Of a stretch of DNA of 64,000 nucleotides, positions 34,370 through 47,332 are shown in pieces (position 1 is the stretch's first letter; each line of letters opens with the position of its first letter). The DNA comes from the human T2T-CHM13v2.0 reference genome, Homo sapiens. The stretch lies in NCBI RefSeq assembly GCF_009914755.1, contig NC_060930.1. The stretch is one strand, 5' to 3'. The position numbers were made by a program, and so were the translations under genes. The notes beneath the pieces were generated by a model. That model worked only from the letters and a program-made list of their open reading frames with translations, did not search any database and was not told the DNA's origin.

Positions 34370-35672
34370 CCCATGGGCTAAAGGGGAGGCAGTGATGGGG
34401 AAGAAAAGAGTGGAATTTAACCTCCGGGAATAAAGCATTTGAAAACCTTAAGGTAAATGCTTTTTTTTTCCATTACTAAGAACAGAAATCAAAATATCAG
34501 TTCATTATGAGGGTCAGAAGTGTTGGATATTTTCCAAAAGAGAAACAACAACAACAACAATCATAGCTAATGCTTATGGAACATCTACCAGGTGCCCGGA
34601 TTCTTGCCAAACCCTCAACAAGAGGTATCTCATTTAGTCTTGACAACCATTTGAAATAAGAGCCACTGTTCTTTATCTTTTCACAGTGGGAGGACCTGGT
34701 TGTGTAAAGAGGTTAAGTAACTTTACCCAGGCACTGTGAGCAGCTGGGATTTAGCCAAACAGACTGGCTTCAGCACCTGGACCAGGGAGCTGTGGAATTA
34801 AGGCTCTGGTTTCTATCCAGCTGAATGACATTGGGGAGAATATTTTTAAAGGCCTCAATGTGCTCATCTGTAAAAATAACGGGGTTGTGATGGGTGATCT
34901 CAAAGATCCCCGCCAACTCTCTAGCAGCTCACCAAATTAATATCCAAATCAATATCCATCGCATCCACGGCACTGTTGCCATTCATTCCTACAGTTCACT
35001 GTAGGAAGTTAAGGGGTGGAGTGGAGCAGAGAGGGGGCAGGGAAATGGCTGCATTGTGAATCAAATGTTTTCCTAACAGGAGCAGCTGTTCCAACTGGCA
35101 CAAGCCCCGGCAGGTACGATTGCTAGGTGACTACAGGAGTGAGATGGGAGCAGGGCCCACTCTTAACATGCCTCGTGTGGCTGCCACAGTTGATCCTTTA
35201 GTTGACCAGTTAATTTCTCCCTTGGAAGTGTCCTTACCGTCCGCATCAATCCCCAGTGCACTTCACATTGGCTGCGAGATCGCTTGCAGCACTGCAAGCA
35301 GGTGAACTCTGAGAACCCTCTGTAATGCGACCAGACCTGTGCTTTTCCTGGTTCCCCTGAATTACACTGGCTGATACTTCCAGGAATTCTGCAGCAGCCC
35401 TGGTGGTTTTGTTCTTTCTTCAGAAAAGGAAGTTGGAGAGGGGGTTGGGTGGGAAGGAGAATGAGAATCCTTTAAGTTCTTTGAAATGACCTCAAATCTG
35501 AGGTTGTCAGGCTTTTAAAGAGAGCCAGTAGGTAGTCACTCCACATATTGTAGATAATACTGTGTCAACAGCTCAAGTTATCTGAAGCTCTCTTTGTGAA
35601 ATGGGACCCAACTTTTGCTCTCTGGGAACACTATCACATTTCTCTCTGGCATGCAAACTTAGGTGTGTTTGA

Positions 35673-36645
35673 TGAAGGGAGCCTGCCTCTCCACTCCTGT
35701 GGGTATTTCTTGCAAGGTGGAGATGAGAGACTGAGAAAAGAAATAAGACACAGAGACAAAGTACAGAGGAAGAAAAGTGGGCCCTGGGGGACCGGCGCTT
35801 AGTAAGTGAGGACCAACACCGGTGCTCACTTACTCTGAGTCTCTGAGTTCTCTCAGTATTTATTGATCACTATTTTTCCTATCTTGGCGAGGGGAATGTG
35901 GTGGGGCTATAGGGTGAAGGTGGGGAGAGGGTCAGCAGAAAAACATGTGAGTAAAGGAATCTGTGTCATAAATAAGTTTAAGGAAAAGTGCTGGGCCTAA
36001 ATGTACACGTAGGCTAGATTTATATTTAACTTTACATAAACATCTCAGTGCAGTAAAGAGTAGTATTGCTGCCATGATGTCTCACCTGTATCCATAAGGC
36101 GATTTTCTCTTAGAGTAGAATGTATGGTTGGTTTTACATTTGTCATTCCATTCCCAGGGACGTGCGGGAGACAGACACCTTCCTCTTATCTCAACCGCAT
36201 TGAGGCCTTCTTCTTTCACTAATCCTCCTCAGCACAGACCCTTTACGGATGTCGGGCTGGGGGGCTGTAAGGTCTTTCCCTTCCCACGAGGCCGTATCTC
36301 AGGTTGTCTCAGTGGGGGGAAACCTGGACAATACCCAGGCTTTCTTGGGCAGGGGTTCCTGCGGCCTTCCGCAGTGCATTGTGTCTCTAGTTAATAGAGA
36401 ATGGAGAATGGCGATGACTTTTACAAAGCATACTGCCTGCAAACACATTTTTACCAAGGCACATCCTGCACAGCCCTAGATCCATTAAACCTTGATTCAA
36501 TACAGCACATGTTTTTGTGAGCACAAGGTTGGGACAAAAGTTACAGATTAACAGCATCTCAAAGCAGAACAAAATGGAGTTTCTTATGTCTTCTGTTTTC
36601 TACATAGACACAGTAACAATCTGATCTCTCTTTCTTTTCCCCACA
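35673..36645 (-). mobile_element. Solo HERV-K(HML-2) LTR5 (LTR5B/LTR5A-like)
   Basis: Minus strand starts TGTGGGGAAAAGAAAGAGAGATCAGATTGTTACTGTGTCTATGTAG and ends CCCTTCA; about 970 bp. Confidence 0.9.
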
Positions 36646-36769
36646 TTTACTTCATCATATGATATCAACACTGACTCTTTCATGTAAAATGTCACTCCTA
36701 GGTTCCTTCCACCCTTGTGTCCTGCCTGTGCCCCCAAGGGTGTAATTCTTTGTTCCCTCTTCCCATAGT

Positions 36770-36771
<2 letters not shown>

Positions 36772-36812
<41 letters not shown>
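36772..36812. repeat. (GT)n microsatellite
   Basis: About 20 units, roughly 0.9 kb upstream of the exon 1C ATG. Confidence 0.97.
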
Positions 36813-36817
<5 letters not shown>

Positions 36818-36931
36818 TATATTCTGACACATCATTAGAATCTAAATTAATCTACCTTGTTATATTTTTCTGCCACTGATAATCTTCTACTTAGTCATGT
36901 TACAAATGTATTTTTTAAAGTAAGTGTTTGA

Positions 36932-37077
36932 AGAGACAGGGTCTCACTGTCGCCCAGGCTGGAGTGCAGTGCTGCCATCATAGCTCACTGCAGCCTTGAT
37001 CTCCTTGGCTCAAGCAATCCTCCCGCCTCAACCTCCTGAGTAGCTGAGACTACACGTGCGTGCCACCATGCCTGGCA
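36932..37077 (-). mobile_element. Alu right monomer (FRAM/AluJ fragment)
   Basis: AGAGACAGGGTCTCACTGTCGCCCAGG...CCATGCCTGGC. Confidence 0.85.
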
Positions 37078-37389
37078 CACATTCATTTTTCATTATCTGT
37101 GTCTGTATGTGCCCAGAGGTACAGATAACACTAAAATGAAAAGAGGTGGCAGAGAACAGGAAGAGAAAGAAACCAGAGGAGCCGATATCCTTAAATGCTG
37201 TGGCTCCTAAGGACTGCCAGCAGGTTGTGGGGCTAGCCAGAAAAAACAGAGCCTCTGATTCTAGAAGGCTTGGAGAAAGCGTGAGAAGGGAGATCAGATC
37301 AGAATAGATTGATGGAAGGGAAAGGCGGTGAGGGTGAAGCAAGAGAAACTCGGCTCCAGTGAAAAGGACCCATCATTGCATTCCAGAAC

Positions 37390-37472
37390 GTAATTTGCAT
37401 TTCATATGTAAATGAGGAGGCTTCCTAGAGGCTGGACTGGGCTGGGCTTAGCTGAGCCTTTGCAAACAGCAG
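37390..37472 (+). promoter_or_regulatory. GCNT2: GCNT2 exon 1C proximal promoter: Oct, Sp1-like and C/EBP sites
   Basis: ATTTGCAT 37393-37400, ATGTAAAT 37406-37413, GGGCTGGG about 37439-37446, CTTTGCAAAC about 37458-37467. This agrees with the reported C/EBPalpha-dependent control of IGnTC about 250-320 bp upstream of the ATG (recalled from literature). Confidence 0.7.
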
Positions 37473-37722
37473 GGATTCAACCCTGGGGAACTGCAGACCA
37501 AAGTGAGAGAGGGACGCACCGCATCTCCAGGCACATCCAAAAAGGATGGACGAGACACCGAAGCAGAGGATACAGGAGGATTAAAGGATTCAGGAAAGCA
37601 AGCAGCCCTCCGGAGAAGCTGTCGAAATTCAAGACTGGCAAGAGAAGCAAATTCAACCTCTCACACCGATCATTTCTCATTCCCTGAAAAGAAGAGATTG
37701 TTTCCCCAGGGAAGTGAAAATA

Positions 37723-38647
37723 ATGAACTTTTGGAGGTACTGCTTTTTTGCTTTCACTCTGCTCAGCGTGGTCATTTTTGTGAGATTTTACAGTAGCCAA
37801 TTGAGCCCGCCAAAAAGTTATGAGAAGCTGAACAGTTCCAGTGAAAGGTATTTTAGGAAAACTGCCTGTAATCACGCCTTAGAGAAAATGCCAGTCTTTT
37901 TGTGGGAAAATATATTACCATCACCTTTGCGAAGTGTCCCTTGCAAGGATTACCTGACCCAGAATCACTACATCACAAGTCCCCTGTCGGAAGAAGAGGC
38001 TGCATTCCCTTTGGCCTATGTCATGGTCATCCATAAGGACTTTGACACCTTTGAAAGGCTCTTTAGGGCTATCTATATGCCCCAAAATGTCTACTGTGTT
38101 CACGTGGATGAGAAAGCCCCAGCTGAGTATAAGGAATCTGTGAGGCAGTTACTGAGTTGCTTCCAAAATGCTTTCATTGCTTCAAAGACAGAGTCTGTGG
38201 TTTATGCAGGCATTTCCAGACTCCAGGCTGACCTGAACTGTCTGAAAGACCTTGTCGCCTCTGAGGTTCCCTGGAAGTACGTCATCAACACCTGTGGACA
38301 AGACTTCCCCCTGAAAACCAACCGGGAGATAGTTCAGCATCTGAAAGGATTTAAAGGGAAAAATATCACCCCAGGGGTGCTGCCTCCTGACCATGCAATT
38401 AAGCGAACTAAATATGTCCACCAAGAGCATACAGATAAAGGTGGCTTTTTTGTGAAAAATACTAATATTTTGAAAACTTCACCTCCACATCAGCTGACCA
38501 TCTACTTTGGCACTGCCTATGTGGCGCTTACCAGAGAGTTTGTCGACTTTGTTCTACGTGACCAAAGGGCCATTGATCTACTACAATGGTCAAAAGATAC
38601 CTATAGTCCTGATGAGCATTTCTGGGTGACACTTAATAGGGTTTCAG
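37723..38647 (+). CDS. GCNT2: GCNT2 exon 1C coding part (isoform C, responsible for erythroid I antigen)
   Basis: ATG at 37723 ([20 protein letters not shown]...). Paralogous to exon 1B through [15 protein letters not shown]. Donor CAG|GTAGGT at 38647/38648 gives 925 nt, the same phase 1 as exon 1B. Confidence 0.97.
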
Positions 38648-38653
38648 GTAGGT
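38648..38653 (+). other. GCNT2: 5' splice donor of exon 1C
   Basis: CAG|GTAGGT; 1B/1C homology ends here. Confidence 0.92.
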
Positions 38654-40447
38654 ACTAATTTCCATTCTGATTGATAGATTGAGTTTGCTAACATTCTGCT
38701 CGCCTAGAGAACTGACTCATTTGAAATTATTATGAAATAAATTTAAATACTTAGAAAACTATTAGTTTGGTTGCTTGTAGCAACAGTGTATTGCTGACTG
38801 TTGTCTTATCAATATGTGTGATATAGTGATCTAAGAAATGCTGGCTGCAGTCGCCCCAGCAAAACTAACTTTGATTACATAGTTGCTGAATTTTAACTGT
38901 TGTTTGAATTAATACTTTTCGTAGTCCTTGATAAACACAGCTGTAACAAACAAAATTGACTTTTAAAATAAGCATTCTAGAATTTAGGAGTTGAAATAGG
39001 TGATGTTTCTTTCGGACGGATGTTAGACATCGCTTTCATTGATGCAGTCTCATTGCTCAAAGTTCATGGAGCTGTTACAGGGGTACTTACTGGTTTTAGA
39101 ATCTTGGAAGCTGCTTCGGATATTCACAAATCACCATTCTGGCTGAAACATCTCTGGTTTAAGATCTGAACAAGTAGCCAGGTCTCAGCTCTTCTTGTTT
39201 CTACAAATCTAACCTGATATTTTAGCCTGGAGGAGTGGGTAACAAAGAGTTGGAACATACGGAGAGAGAATCTAGCTACAGATGATCCAAAGAGAATTCT
39301 CAATTTTTAAGTCATAGGTTTTTATTGGACATTCCAATTTGCAGCTTCTTGTTTTTATATACTGTGCAGTCTTTGGTTGTTTATGATAATTTGGGAAAGC
39401 GTCCAAGGTATGCCAGGCAGCTGAGGCAGAAGATAGCACCAAGCTCCCTCGTTGGTTCAGGACTGGGTTTCTTTTCTAAACTCTGTTTCCCATAGGTGGT
39501 CTGTGACCTGCGTTACGTCTTTCCTGTGTGTCCCCACGTGCTTGTTTTCAACAGTGACCCAGCATGGTTGTGGGTGACTGGTGGTTCTCATGAGCACAGT
39601 GACCCCGACAAGCCTCACATACTTCCTGTCTACACACACACACTGCACAACCACACCACACATACATACACACCTGCCTGCCATTCTTGAAATAACTCCC
39701 AGCTCTTATGTCTAGTGTCATTATCATTGGCATACTTTCAAGTGCTGTTTGAAGCCACCTCTTGCCTGAAAGTAGACTCAATGCAGAAAGGTCCCCAATA
39801 ACACGGCATTCCTAAGAGCTAAACTAGAGTGGTGGTCACAAAAATCTACTTAGAGAGGGACAGAAAGAGGATGGGCAAGGTGGCTGGAGACGAGAGAATT
39901 ATGCTGTCTCATGCGCAATTTATTTTCAGAGATGCTAAACTGTCAGGTCACAAAGACTTGTAGGAGGGGTGGTGAACCAACATTTATCACAGTGGTGAGA
40001 GCGTTAACCCTTTCTTTACAATCACCTATTTTAAACGCATGTAAATACTGCATGCGTGGCATTTAATCTTATTTTTGTTGGTATAGTTGGTGATAGCCTA
40101 CATCGTTCCTTTTAATGATAGGAAGTCATCGTGTTAGCCTCACGTACAGATGAAAAACATGAGGCTTAGAGAGACTGAAGCAATAGTATGTTCACGTTGT
40201 TCACATAGCTTTTCATAGGCAAAGCTGGAATCTGACCCTGCATTTGTGTGGCCTGAAGTGTGAGCCGTTTCTCTTGCACTAGGAAAAGAAGGAATGAGCA
40301 TTTCTTTTTTCCTGTATATCTAAAGCAAATTTCCTGCAGAATCCCGAAAAAGGGAAAGGATTGAGGGTGTTTGGAAAAAATGAGGAGGGCTGTGGAAGGA
40401 AGTTTCACCTGATCACTTAGAGCTGGAGATGAGGTTAGCAGGGATAT

Positions 40448-41175
40448 GGTGTGTGTGTGTGTGGTGTCCCAATATGCTTGTGTGGTGTGTGTGTGGTGTG
40501 TTTGTAGTGTGTGTGTGATGTGTGTGTGTGTGTGTGTGTGTGGTGTATGTGTGTTTGCAGTGTATGTGTGTGGTGTGTGTGTGGTGTGTATGTGTATGTG
40601 TGTGGGGTATGTGTGTTTGTAGCGTGTGTGTTGTGTGGTGTGTGTGTAGTGTGTGGTGTGTTTGTAGTGCGGTGTGTGTGTTTGTAGTGTGTGTGGTGTG
40701 TGTGTATGTATGGTGTGGTTGTGTGGTGTGGGTGTGTGTGTGGTGTGTATATGTGGTGTATGTGCGTGGTATGTGTATGGTGTGTGTGTGGTGTGTGTGT
40801 AGTGTGTGGCGTGTTTGTAGTGTGGTGTGTGTGTAGTGTGTGTGTGGTGTGTGTGTATGTGTGGTGTGGTTATGTGGTGTGGGTGTGTGTGCGTGTGGTG
40901 TGTGTGTGGTGTATGTGCGTGATGTGTGTATGGTGTGTGTGGTGTGTGTGTTTGCAGTGTATGTATCTGGTGTGTGTGTGGTGTGTATGTACATGTGTGG
41001 GGTGTGTGTGTTTCTAGTGTGTGTGGTGTGTAGTGTGTGGTGTGTTTGTAGTGTGGTGTGTTTGTAGTGTGTGTGTAGTGTGTGGTGTGTTTCTAGTGTG
41101 TGTTTGTAGTGTGGTGTGTGTTTGTAGTGTGTGGTGTGGGTGTATGTGTGGTGTGGGTGTGTGCGTGTCTGTGTA
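40448..41175. repeat. TG-rich degenerate minisatellite, about 730 bp
   Basis: Units such as GTGTGGTGTGTTTGTA and GTGGTGTATGTGCGT. Confidence 0.95.
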
Positions 41176-41790
41176 GACAGCAACTATGTGAGGCTTGTCA
41201 GGGTCACTGTGCTCATGAGAGTCACCAGGTGTCCTTTCTGGAAAGGATCCACCATCCCTCAAAGGCTTCTGTGCTGTCTCCGGGGTCCATCTGGAGCAGG
41301 CTTTGGTCTGGGCCAGTGGCAATGGGAAGTGGCCCTTGGTTCATGTTCTCAGAGAAGCTGGGGAGTAAGAAGCAACCAGGCAGATTTGAAAGGTCCCAAA
41401 TTTTTAAAGTTTTCACTCCATCAGCTACCAATGTTAATACTTCCTTGTACATCTTTCCAGAGGTACTTTATTATGTTTATAGGTAATAAAACTGATTAAA
41501 CGTGGAGAACATTACATATGGACTTTAAGTTCACTACAGATATACTCAGAAAAGGAAAAATGGTCCTTATTTTAGGTGCCATATTGTCTGTGAGAAACAA
41601 AATACAGCAAAATGTGTCTTTTATTTAAATACATCATATGCAGACATTTAAGAAGCTCTTTTTTCATTACTTTGTAGTATTTTTAAAGCTAGGTACAAGG
41701 AATTTTCTGGACCAAAGTTACCAGGGACCTTTGCCCCACAGCATCCAACCGCGATGAAGTGCAGAACTCTTGCTGATAGAACACCTACTA

Positions 41791-42146
<356 letters not shown>

Positions 42147-42233
42147 TGCTAGGCTTAAGCTCTTCATGTGGCATGACTTCCAGGACCTGGCCCCCCACAC
42201 CCTCTGTCTCTACCCTCATTTCTCTTTATTTGA

Positions 42234-42584
<351 letters not shown>

Positions 42585-44450
42585 TAATTTTGACCTATCT
42601 TTTTATGGCTTTTTAATGACATCCTCTCATAAAGAATGTCCTTCGTGTTTGATGCCCTTCCTGTCTAACTCTTCATCCTTTATGTCTAACTCTGTCTAAC
42701 TCTTCATCCTATATGGCCCACCTTGGAAGTCACTTCCTCTGGATGCCATGTCTGATCACCTTCCTCCCAGATCGTGTTTCAACTCTGGGTTCTCCTGGAC
42801 CTAATGCCACTGCTGCCAGCATTGAATTGTAGTCACCTATTAACTGAATAGCTCTTCTACCAGACCTCCTCAGTATTTGAGCTCCTTAAGCATAAGAAAA
42901 GTGACATCTGTCTTTGTGTTCTCCACCACTACTCCTACGCTGCATGCATCACTATGCACCTGCCTGATCTGATGATATGCAGGGTGCTAGATGGATGTGG
43001 AAGGGTCGGGAGGGGCAGGAATGTGCTGGAGAGTTCTGAGAAGATGGGCAGAACCTATGAAAGTGTACCCTGTACCTAGGATGGGGGATAATTTTTGGTA
43101 GTAGGGATTGGAGAAACAGTAGGTAAAACTCCACAATGGCCAGGCCAACAAATGATATCAGTAAATATGAGAGAGTCCTGAAAGAATTAGCGAGCCCCAC
43201 TTTATTCCAGATAAAATGTTAATGGGATAGAGTCTTTCCTTAGAAAATGTGGCTCCCACACAGCCAACCTGGGCCCATGATGCAGTCGGATTCTGATGCC
43301 AAGAGAAAGTCACAGCAGGCGGCGTATGCAGACGCCTCCACTTAGTTTCTGCCTTCCTTGCACCTGGTGTGAGTTTCTTCCACACCTGCCACCCACTCCC
43401 TCCTCCTGCTAGTACCACTCCCGGGCTACTCACATTCATGCACTGGGCTTCTTCTCACTTAATTTAATGTAGACTTCTCCTGAATTGTTGGCTTAGGAAA
43501 AAAACCAAGACTATAAGAATATGAGAGGCTAAGAAGAGACAACAATAGAAAGAAACTCAAAACGTCTCTCCAGCTCTCAACAACTGTAAACACTGAGCTA
43601 TTTAGAAGGTATATGTTCTCTGCAGGAAGGTCACTGGGACCTTACGTCTGGGTGTGGCTGAATCAGTCCCAGTCTTTTTCAAAGTATGCATTGTGTTCTC
43701 TCTACATCAGCCCAGACTTTGAATTCAGTTTCTAGGACCACAAAGGATTCATTCACTCATGCTGATTGGACCCGTGACTGAGAATTAATTACAAACGTTG
43801 AATGATGGGGTAGAATCATGTCTTAACAAACGTCACCAGGACGTTCGAGTCTAAAATAACGCTACTTGGGGGGGCTGGAGGACAATCCACACTGACATTT
43901 GTCTTGTCAATATGGAGATAAATTCTGGCTGAAGGAGAAATTCCACAAAACAGATACTTCCATAGGTTCGTATCCATTGAACAGACTCTTAAAATAATAT
44001 TTTTGGATAGCCAGATGATATTAAGTATGCATAATAAATGAGAACATGATTTTCAAAATATTGCGTTAGTGATGTGGACCAGTCTGGCTTATTTAACCTC
44101 TTCAGTAAAGGGCTCTAGGCTCTTCCCAGGTCAGTAATTCAGGTAGGATCACAGGGGAAGATTTTAATTTACAATGTATCCCAGCTCTTGTGAGCACCTA
44201 GATTGATGGGTCTACATCATAAGATGCTGGGCTCCTGGTAGAGAAACCTTAGGCAGGTTATAAAGTATTTACACAGTAAATTATGCTGACGCTATAGCCA
44301 TTTGTAGAATCATTTGTGACGTTTCCAGCCACTGGCTCCATTGTACTATTTGGGAAGGATCATCTCCTTCATTGGAGAATCTGTACCCTAACATTTCTGT
44401 TCGCCACCCCTAAAAAGGAAATAATTGGGAAACGCTACTCTTAATGAGCT

Positions 44451-45369
44451 CTTTTATTTTTATTTGTTTGTTTGTTTGTTTGTTTATTTATTTGAGACAG
44501 AGTACCACTCTGTCGCCAGGATGGAGTGCAGTGGTGTGGTCTCGGCTCACACAACCTCTGCCTCCCAGGTTCAAGCAATTCTCCTGCCTCAGCCTCCCAA
44601 GTAGCTGGGACTACAGGTGTGTGCCACCATGCCCAGCTAATTTTTTCATATTTTTAGTAGAGATGGGGTTTCACCATGTTGGCCAAGGTGGTCTCGATCT
44701 CTTGACCTCGTGATCCACCCACCTCAGGGTCCCAAAGTGTTGGGATTACAGGCGTGAGCCACCACGCCCAGCCTTAATTAGCTGTTAATTCCTAATCTCT
44801 AGAACAACATTTTATAAAACAAGACAAATTGGATTAAAGTATATATTAGTATAAAGTATATATAAAGTGAATATTGAATTAAGTATAAGTACAATCATGA
44901 TTGGTAAACATCTACTAAGCTGAACTGAACATGAATTTAATTCTAGCGGAAAGGATGAGCATTCTTTCTACTGCTTTAGAACCGGCAAGATCATTTCTCC
45001 AACTCATTCATCCTCCTGTCATTCCTTATCGATTGTATAAGACAGTTTTTTCTAGAAGCAGGAGTTGTTTTTGTCTTTGTTTTGTTTTGAGATAGGGTCT
45101 CCCTCTGTCACCTAGACTGGAGTGCAGTGGCATTAATTTAGCTCACTGCAGCCTCAGCCTTCTGGGCTCAAGTAATCCTCCTGCCTCAGGCTGCCAAGTA
45201 GCAAGGACTACAGGTATGCACCACTACACCTGGCTCATTTTTAAATTTTGTGTAGAGATGGGATCTCGATATGTTGCCCAGGCTGGTCTCAAACTCCAGG
45301 GCTCAATTGATTCTCTCCTCAGCCTCCTACAAGTGCTGAGATTACAGGTGTGAGCCATTGCACCTAGAC
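44451..45369 (-). mobile_element. AluSc-like (44451-44773) and AluJ (45066-45369)
   Basis: Two antisense dimers. Confidence 0.88.
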
Positions 45370-45790
45370 AGTTGTCTTTGTTTTAAATGAAGTATTGCAT
45401 TTTGATGGCTTCTAAAAACAATAAAATATTAGTGGTATATCAAAGCTATATATAATTGATATATGTATATATCAATGTCCATAGTACAATGATCAATATA
45501 TACTCGACGTCTAAATTATCTCTTGAAAATACATATCTCTTCCCTATTTCTCTTTACACAATACAAAAGCATCTCCTTCCATCCTCCTTTGTTTGAGCCC
45601 ACATGCTATCAGGTAAACGACTTTGGAGACAGACGTAGTGTAAGTCTGTCCTCCCAATACTTGCCAACTGTGTGACACTGGTGTTAGTTTACACTGAGCC
45701 TTAGTTTACTCATCTGTGATGATGGAGATAATAAATAGTACTTAGTTCCCAGAGAAGTTGTGAGTATTAAATAAGCTAATGCATATAGTA

Positions 45791-45977
45791 CAGGGGTTCC
45801 TAGACTTGGCCATGCCTCAGAACCTTCTGCAGGTCCTGTTAAAGCACAGATTTCTGGGCCCTACCCCGAAGTTTCTGATTCAGCAGGTCTGGAGCAGTCC
45901 CCAGAATTTGCATTTCTAACAGTTTCCTGGGTTATCCTGCAGCTTCTCATCTGGGGGCCACACTTTGAGAACTGCTG
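45791..45977. mobile_element. MER5A
   Basis: CAGGGGTTCC...CTGATTCAGCAGGTCTGG...GAATTTGCATTTCTAACA...CACTTTGAGAACTGCTG. Confidence 0.8.
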
Positions 45978-46585
45978 ACACGGACCATCTTTTACAGAGA
46001 CTGGCACATGTATAGATTTGCAGCAAATGCCGATTCTGTTCATTTCCAACCACCAGTAAAAATAAAAACTAGTTGATATAAGGAAAAGCTTTATGGTGTT
46101 GATTGCATATGGCAGACTTCATGAAAGTGGTATGCAAATAACTGATATTTGGGATGTACTCATATTAAGGATATATTATGGGCTCTGGAGTGAGACAAAT
46201 GCAATATTGAATTTTAGCTTTATCTCCGTTAGTTTGATGACCTTGTGTACTCTGACCTAAAACTCTTCATTTTGTAGTCACAATAATGATGGCTACTTAG
46301 TAAGGCTGTTTTGAGAATTAAATTTTAAAAATGGGGTAAAATGACAGGTTAGGTGTTTATCCACTTATTAATGTGAACATTTATTAAGAAAAACCTACAT
46401 GTGGTCTTGTGTTCCTACACTAATGAGATCCTCAAGGTGTTGAATAAAAGCAATTTAAATCTCACTATAGAAGGATGTCTATGCCATGGCTCACCAACCA
46501 TATAAAACTAGATGTAGATGTACCCAAAGATGGATAGGAGGAAATGTGTAAAGTAAATTGACATGTTCAGGTGGATACCAGTTCC

Positions 46586-47332
<747 letters not shown>

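Noticed and set aside
37714-37722. ORF-track start MKI at GTG 37714
   Set aside because: Near-cognate codon. ATG 37723 gives the expected 925-nt exon.
40413-41183. 256-aa His/Thr-rich ORF and the Val/Cys-rich opposite-strand ORFs
   Set aside because: Translation artefacts of the TG/CA minisatellite.
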